DNA of 11,621 bases from Infirmifilum sp. (GTDB lineage: Archaea; Thermoproteota; Thermoprotei; Thermofilales; Thermofilaceae), in assembly GCA_041287245.1 (NCBI GenBank), contig JBEULP010000038.1, forward strand, positions 1 to 11,621, written 5' to 3'. Shown here in pieces: positions 7,943 to 11,621 of this stretch (positions are counted from its first letter, which is position 1; each line of letters begins with the position of its first letter). Position numbers and translations under genes: made by a program. Under the pieces are notes generated by a model. It saw nothing but the letters and a program-made list of their open reading frames with translations. It searched no databases and was not told the origin of the DNA.

Positions 7943-8311
7943 TTATTCCTCTTCCTTCAATATTTCACTTATAGACTTGTACTCGCCACCCTTCTTGTAT
8001 ACAATTCTGGTTTCAAGCCTTATGGGTAAACCAATCTCGCTGAAAATCCAGTATACAGCCTCGGCATCCAGCTTCCCACGCAGCCTACCTATATGATAAA
8101 GCCTGCCCAGCTTCTCGGCTATCTTTCTAGCAGTATCCCCATACTGCTCCACTGCTTTTTCAAACATCACTCTACCGTCATCAGTCAAGTTTCCTAGAAA
8201 AACATTGTAGTAATCTGGCTCTGCCCTCTTGACCTCCTTCTCCATCATCCTTTTCTGCATCTCAAGCAACATCCTCTTCTTGATAAGCTCCAAGTCGATC
8301 TCTTCACCCAT
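7943..8311 (-). CDS. PDCD5-related (dsDNA-binding family) protein
   Basis: DLELIKKRMLLEMQKR...LTDDGR...A..IAE.L..L...GRL.GKLD....IF......RLETRIVY resembles the PDCD5 family pattern. ATG 8311 preferred; GTG 8323 is the alternative start. Confidence 0.7.
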   Translation of the reverse strand: MGEEIDLELIKKRMLLEMQKRMMEKEVKRAEPDYYNVFLGNLTDDGRVMFEKAVEQYGDTARKIAEKLGRLYHIGRLRGKLDAEAVYWIFSEIGLPIRLETRIVYKKGGEYKSISEILKEEE

Positions 8312-8375
8312 ATAACATCCCACTATAGTCTATCAGCAAATAACAATTTAACCCTTTACTTCGACATATTCATAA

Positions 8376-8453
8376 GCCGGGTGCTCAAAAGGTCGCCGCC
8401 CGAGACGCCGCAGCGCATGCAATGAAAGGCGGCAACCCACACCCGGCACACCA
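8376..8453 (+). ncRNA. Single-hairpin box H/ACA pseudouridylation guide RNA
   Basis: Lower stem GCCGGGTG(8376-8383)/CACCCGGC(8440-8447) immediately followed by ACA(8448-8450); upper stem GCCGCC(8395-8400)/GGCGGC(8428-8433); 14 nt from upper stem to ACA; pocket strands GGTC and AACCCA; TTTAA at 8347-8351 in promoter position. Confidence 0.8.
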
Positions 8454-8594
8454 TATAAATCCGTCCCGGAGAAGGCGATTTTTAGAAAAGATAGAGTGTT
8501 ACTATAATCCCGGGCACTTCATAGTTTAGCAAAAAAGTAAAACTGGGCTCTAAAAGCCGGCTTAAACCCTGACACCTTTTAGAAGAATGTCAAA

Positions 8595-8719
8595 TGGGCC
8601 GGCCGGGATTTGAACCCGGGACCTATACCGACAGCCGCGCGCTACGCGGTGTGTTTTCGGTTATCAGCCGAACGCTTTTGGCGCAGCTGAGAGGCTCTAC
8701 CTGGCTGAGCCACCGGCCC
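8595..8719 (-). tRNA. tRNA-Ile(GAT) with two introns (D arm about 22/23, 20 nt, 8677-8696; 43/44, 31 nt, 8625-8655)
   Basis: Acceptor GGGCCGG/CCGGCCC+A, D stem GCTC/GAGC, anticodon arm TTCGG-CTGATAA-CCGAA, T arm CCGGG-TTCAAAT-CCCGG; 125-51=74 nt mature; CCA not encoded. D-arm intron boundary can slide by up to 3 nt. Confidence 0.95.
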
Positions 8720-8741
8720 CAAAGGTTTTTCGCATAAAGGT

Positions 8742-8756
8742 TCTTAAATTTTACTT
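8742..8756 (-). promoter_or_regulatory. BRE-TATA promoter of tRNA-Ile
   Basis: Minus strand AAGTAAAATTTAAGA; 14/15 identical to the element upstream of tRNA-Trp. Confidence 0.75.
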
Positions 8757-8993
8757 CGCAGGCGAGAATAAGCATTCTAGGAAACATCTCTCGGGCAGGC
8801 CAGACGGAAAAACCTGTAGCCCAGTTAAAACATTAAACTCCATATGGCTCACCAGTGTAAAATGAGCAGAACATCTATCAAGAACCCCTTAGAACGGAAA
8901 TCAAGCCATCCCCCGCGCATAGCCCAGAACCCATCCAAGAGAATTTAACCTCGACATTTCTTGCAATAAACTCAGTAAGCCCTACAGAAAAAG

Positions 8994-9086
8994 TGGGCCG
9001 GGAGGGACTTGAACCCCCGACCTTCGGGTCTGGAGCATCGACCTCTCTATAGAGACCGCCGCTCTACCTAGCTGAGCTACCGGCCC
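8994..9086 (-). tRNA. tRNA-Trp(CCA) with a 19-nt intron at 30/31 (9037-9055)
   Basis: Acceptor GGGCCGG/CCGGCCC+A, anticodon loop CTCCAGA, T arm GGGGG-TTCAAGT-CCCTC. Full BHB: central helix CGGC/GTCG, bulges GG|T and AT|G, intron stem CTCT/AGAG, exon stem GAG/CTC. 93-19=74 nt. Confidence 0.95.
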
Positions 9087-9120
9087 TCAAACTTTTCCTA
9101 GAGTTCTTCTACATTAAAAC

Positions 9121-9135
9121 TCTTAAACTTTACTT
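9121..9135 (-). promoter_or_regulatory. BRE-TATA promoter of tRNA-Trp
   Basis: Minus strand AAGTAAAGTTTAAGA, about 35 nt upstream of the mature 5' end. Confidence 0.75.
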
Positions 9136-9237
9136 TTAGAGATCCAGGTAAATAGTATGAGATCTAGCTCTACCTAGCTTGTAAAGAAGTCGTAGCTCTA
9201 AAGATCTATTAAGGATGAAATAAAGACTCGAAGATAG

Positions 9238-9348
9238 CGCCCCGGCCGGGATTTGAACCCGGGTTCTCCGCGCCACTTCAGGGCTCTGCGGCTCGACAGG
9301 CCGCCTTGAGGGGCTTGCATCTATCCTCGACCACTAGACGACCGGGGC
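9238..9348 (-). tRNA. tRNA-Asp(GTC) with two introns (25/26, 17 nt, 9306-9322; 45/46, about 20 nt, 9266-9285)
   Basis: Acceptor GCCCCGG/CCGGGGC+G73, anticodon arm GCGGC-CTGTCGA-GCCGC, T arm CCGGG-TTCAAAT-CCCGG. BHB1: GAGG/CCTC with bulges AT|A and AA|G. BHB2: CCGC/GCGG with bulges AG|A and AG|A and intron stem GCC/GGC. Confidence 0.95.
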
Positions 9349-9425
9349 ACGGAAATGTGCGTGCCTGATGGCAGATCCTATCCTGGACTCTCGGCACGCA
9401 CCATCTATTGTGATTGACATGTCTC

Positions 9426-9439
9426 TTTTAAAGCTTTCG
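9426..9439 (-). promoter_or_regulatory. BRE-TATA promoter, probably for tRNA-Asp with a long leader
   Basis: Minus strand CGAAAGC-TTTAAAA; predicted start near 9402, about 55 nt upstream of the tRNA. Confidence 0.6.
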
Positions 9440-9467
9440 TGTGGGAGGGTCGCTCTGGTCTCCCTCT

Positions 9468-9971
9468 TTAGAAGGAGTTGGTTACTTGTTTTAATATGTA
9501 TTCTATTTTGGATGCGAGTTGCTGGGGGTCTTTGGTTGCTATTAGTATGGCCTCTAGTATTGTGTTAGAGTTTTGAAGGTGTTCGCGAAGTAGTGGGTTT
9601 AAGTCCCGCGCTGCCTTGTTCGAGTTTATTGCTATTGTTCTCCCATCCACGTATGTGCTTCTCCTTACAACTATGGATTTAGAGTCTGTGAATTGGAGTG
9701 TTGGAGCACCATTCGCTATTAGGTAGTCGTAGATGCCCAGACTTGGTAAGTACAGGATTAGGATTAGCCATTGGCTGTTTTGTAATGCCTTTTTAAGGTT
9801 AAATTCAAGCTCCGCGGCTGATTTTGAAGAATTAACGCCTATTATGCAATCGCCTCGGGGGGTTACGTGCGGCTCCTTGGTTAGCTCTAGGGTTGTCTTG
9901 TGTGCGGCTCTAATATTGGGGTGTCCGCGAGCCTTAACCACGTCCACGATAAACGGCGTAGCATCCGACAA
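9468..9971 (-). CDS. DUF371 family protein
   Basis: ARGHPNIRAAHKTTLELTKE..VTPRGDCIIGV.S.K and SIVVRRSTYVDGRTIAINSNKAARDL match the archaeal DUF371 pattern. TTG at 9971, 1 nt after the FEN1 stop, preferred over the ORF-track start at 10088. Confidence 0.88.
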   Translation of the reverse strand: MSDATPFIVDVVKARGHPNIRAAHKTTLELTKEPHVTPRGDCIIGVNSSKSAAELEFNLKKALQNSQWLILILYLPSLGIYDYLIANGAPTLQFTDSKSIVVRRSTYVDGRTIAINSNKAARDLNPLLREHLQNSNTILEAILIATKDPQQLASKIEYILKQVTNSF

Positions 9972-9972
9972 G

Positions 9973-11013
9973 TTAGAACCCGAACCAGCTCTCGAGAGAA
10001 GATTGTTTAAAATGCGACATAAAGGCTTTTTCAAGTCTTTCAAGAGCGTTTTCAACTCTTTCAATAGAGAATTGATGCTCGTCAACAAGCAGCTTTTTGA
10101 CTTTTTCCCTGTCTGGCTGACGCCAAACTAGAGTGTAGTTGTCTGATACTTGGGGTTCTAGGAAAAGTTTGAGTATTTTCTCGGGTGGGACGTCAAATTC
10201 CCAAGTGACAGCCTTGAATATATTCTCAGGTGTTTTGAGCTCTTTTACCAGCTTGAGGGCCTTTTTTACTCCATAGCCTTTCACGCCGCCCGGGTTGTAG
10301 TCGGTACCGATCAGTATGCCTATGACGACTAGTTGTTCACGTGTTATCCCGTGAAAAGAGAGAAGCTGGTCTAGCTCAATAACCTCTGGTTTAACGTCTA
10401 CGTAGATATCTTTTCTGGGAAGCTTTCTTTTACCGGTAATGGCGAGGTTCCTGACGAGCCTCGTGCTCCCGAAAAGGAGGGAGTCGAAGTCCTGGCTTCC
10501 AGATGCCCACGCGTCTCCCTTCCTGGTCATGTGTGCTGCTTGGGCTTCTCCCTCGCTAGGCGCTTGTACGTAGGGGACACCCATGTATTCGAGGAGCCTC
10601 TTAGCGTCTTCAACCATCGAGGTTGTTAAACGGCTTGTCTGTTGAGCATAGACACGTGCTTCTTCAAGGTCACCTCTCTCTAAAGCCTCAATATATTTTT
10701 TCTCGGCTTCGACCTTTATCTGCTGTCTTTTCTCAAGCTCTCTCAATTTAAGCTCGGGTGGTTTTCCGTCGAAAACATATACAGGTTTCATACCGCTCTC
10801 AATATAATTGATTGTTCTATAAAAAAGACCGTTTAGGTGGCTAGTAATGTTACCCTGGGCGTCGATTAGAGGTGTGCCGTCTCTCTGCCTTATTGTAGCT
10901 AGGAACTGGTATAGACTGTTATAAGCGTCTATAGCTAGAACCTTGCCGCTTAGATAATCAAGCTCAACCTCCCTAGCAACGGGTTCGACAAGCTCTTTAA
11001 GATCCACCCCCAT
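9973..11013 (-). CDS. fen: Flap endonuclease 1
   Basis: MGVDL...[67 protein letters not shown] and C-terminal PIP box KQSSLESWF. True start is ATG 11013 (MGV), not 11052. Confidence 0.98.
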   Translation of the reverse strand: MGVDLKELVEPVAREVELDYLSGKVLAIDAYNSLYQFLATIRQRDGTPLIDAQGNITSHLNGLFYRTINYIESGMKPVYVFDGKPPELKLRELEKRQQIKVEAEKKYIEALERGDLEEARVYAQQTSRLTTSMVEDAKRLLEYMGVPYVQAPSEGEAQAAHMTRKGDAWASGSQDFDSLLFGSTRLVRNLAITGKRKLPRKDIYVDVKPEVIELDQLLSFHGITREQLVVIGILIGTDYNPGGVKGYGVKKALKLVKELKTPENIFKAVTWEFDVPPEKILKLFLEPQVSDNYTLVWRQPDREKVKKLLVDEHQFSIERVENALERLEKAFMSHFKQSSLESWFGF

Positions 11014-11281
11014 TCGAGACCCCCTCAGCTTCACTTCTATATTCACGTTCACGTAAAAGCTGTATGTTTCGCATATTTTTCTTTAGAAACGACACTCTGA
11101 TCAGCCCTCTCGTCTCTAGAATGAGTAGAATTTTGTTGAAATCTCGCTGAGATAAAGTGATTCCGTTTTCGTTTTCTAGATACTTTTTAACTGCATCGTA
11201 AAGCTCTTTCTCGGATGCCTGTCCTCCTCTATTCTTAAGCTCTACTATAACCAATGGAAAGATACTACTCATGGTCGTCAT
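10997..11281 (-). CDS. Small winged helix-turn-helix-like protein, function unknown
   Basis: SEKELYDAV...[21 protein letters not shown] pattern typical of wHTH; overlaps the cdc48 stop (ATGA) and the fen start, so probably operonic. Confidence 0.75.
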   Translation of the reverse strand: MTTMSSIFPLVIVELKNRGGQASEKELYDAVKKYLENENGITLSQRDFNKILLILETRGLIRVSFLKKNMRNIQLLREREYRSEAEGVSNGGGS

Positions 11282-11621
11282 ACATAGAAACCTGTAACAG
11301 TCAATTGTTGCTTAGTGATCTTTCTAGCCCTCTCGTTCCATGACTCGTAGAACTTGATAATATCAGGGGTGAGAGACGGGTGAATCTTCCTGAGAGACTC
11401 CTCGAAGTGCCTCATGTAGACCTTTTCATTCCTAATATTTTCCCTCAACGCTATAAGCCCAGCCTCGCGTACAAGCACCTCGATGTCTGCTCCTGTGTAT
11501 CCTTCCGTCTTCCTGGCTAGCTCGGCTAGGTCTACGTCTTCGGCTAGTGGCATCCTGCGCGTGTGAACCTTGAATATCTCAAGCCTAGCCCTCTCGTCTG
11601 GCGGCGGTACATAGATAAGCC
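11278..11621 (-). CDS. cdc48: Cdc48/VAT family AAA+ ATPase, C-terminal part; starts beyond the window
   Basis: Frame open to the window edge: [54 protein letters not shown]...HFEESL..IHPSLT; ends in FYV, an HbYX proteasome-docking motif. Confidence 0.95.
   Translation of the reverse strand, partial: LIYVPPPDERARLEIFKVHTRRMPLAEDVDLAELARKTEGYTGADIEVLVREAGLIALRENIRNEKVYMRHFEESLRKIHPSLTPDIIKFYESWNERARKITKQQLTVTGFYV

Noticed and set aside
9037..9055. C/D guide RNA inside the tRNA-Trp intron, as in euryarchaeal tRNA-Trp
   Set aside because: The intron is only 19 nt, lies at 30/31 and has no C or D boxes.
9368..10131. Plus-strand ORFs 9368..9568 and 9733..10131; extended starts for DUF371 (10088) and FEN1 (11052)
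   Set aside because: Antisense shadows; the extensions overlap upstream genes and precede the conserved N-termini.
1..11621. CRISPR array, transposase or integrase
   Set aside because: No regularly spaced repeats or mobile-element genes seen; the repeated GC-rich stretches at 8595-9348 are shared tRNA arms.

Overview
Core-genome region of a crenarchaeon, most likely Thermoproteales/Thermofilaceae-like (inferred from PolB1, the ITGDGATIL thermosome variant and tRNAs with introns at non-canonical positions). Protein genes: thermosome subunit (partial), signal peptidase I, TBP, Ard1/RimI acetyltransferase, an orphan LivK-type binding protein, ribosomal protein L40e (missed by the ORF track), a small CCCH Zn protein, PolB1, a thioredoxin-fold protein, a PDCD5-like protein, DUF371, FEN1, a wHTH protein and Cdc48 (partial). 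Three minus-strand tRNAs (Ile-GAT, Trp-CCA, Asp-GTC) carry five BHB-type introns. Main finding: the tbp gene looks frameshifted but contains a 29-nt insert (1912-1940) that folds into a near-canonical bulge-helix-bulge motif. Cutting at the standard endonuclease positions restores the conserved YxPEQFPG motif exactly, so this is a probable tRNA-type intron in the mRNA of the basal transcription factor. Second finding: an unannotated single-hairpin H/ACA guide RNA (8376-8453) whose pocket matches the 23S rRNA peptidyl-transferase loop. All structures were folded by eye; no searches were run.
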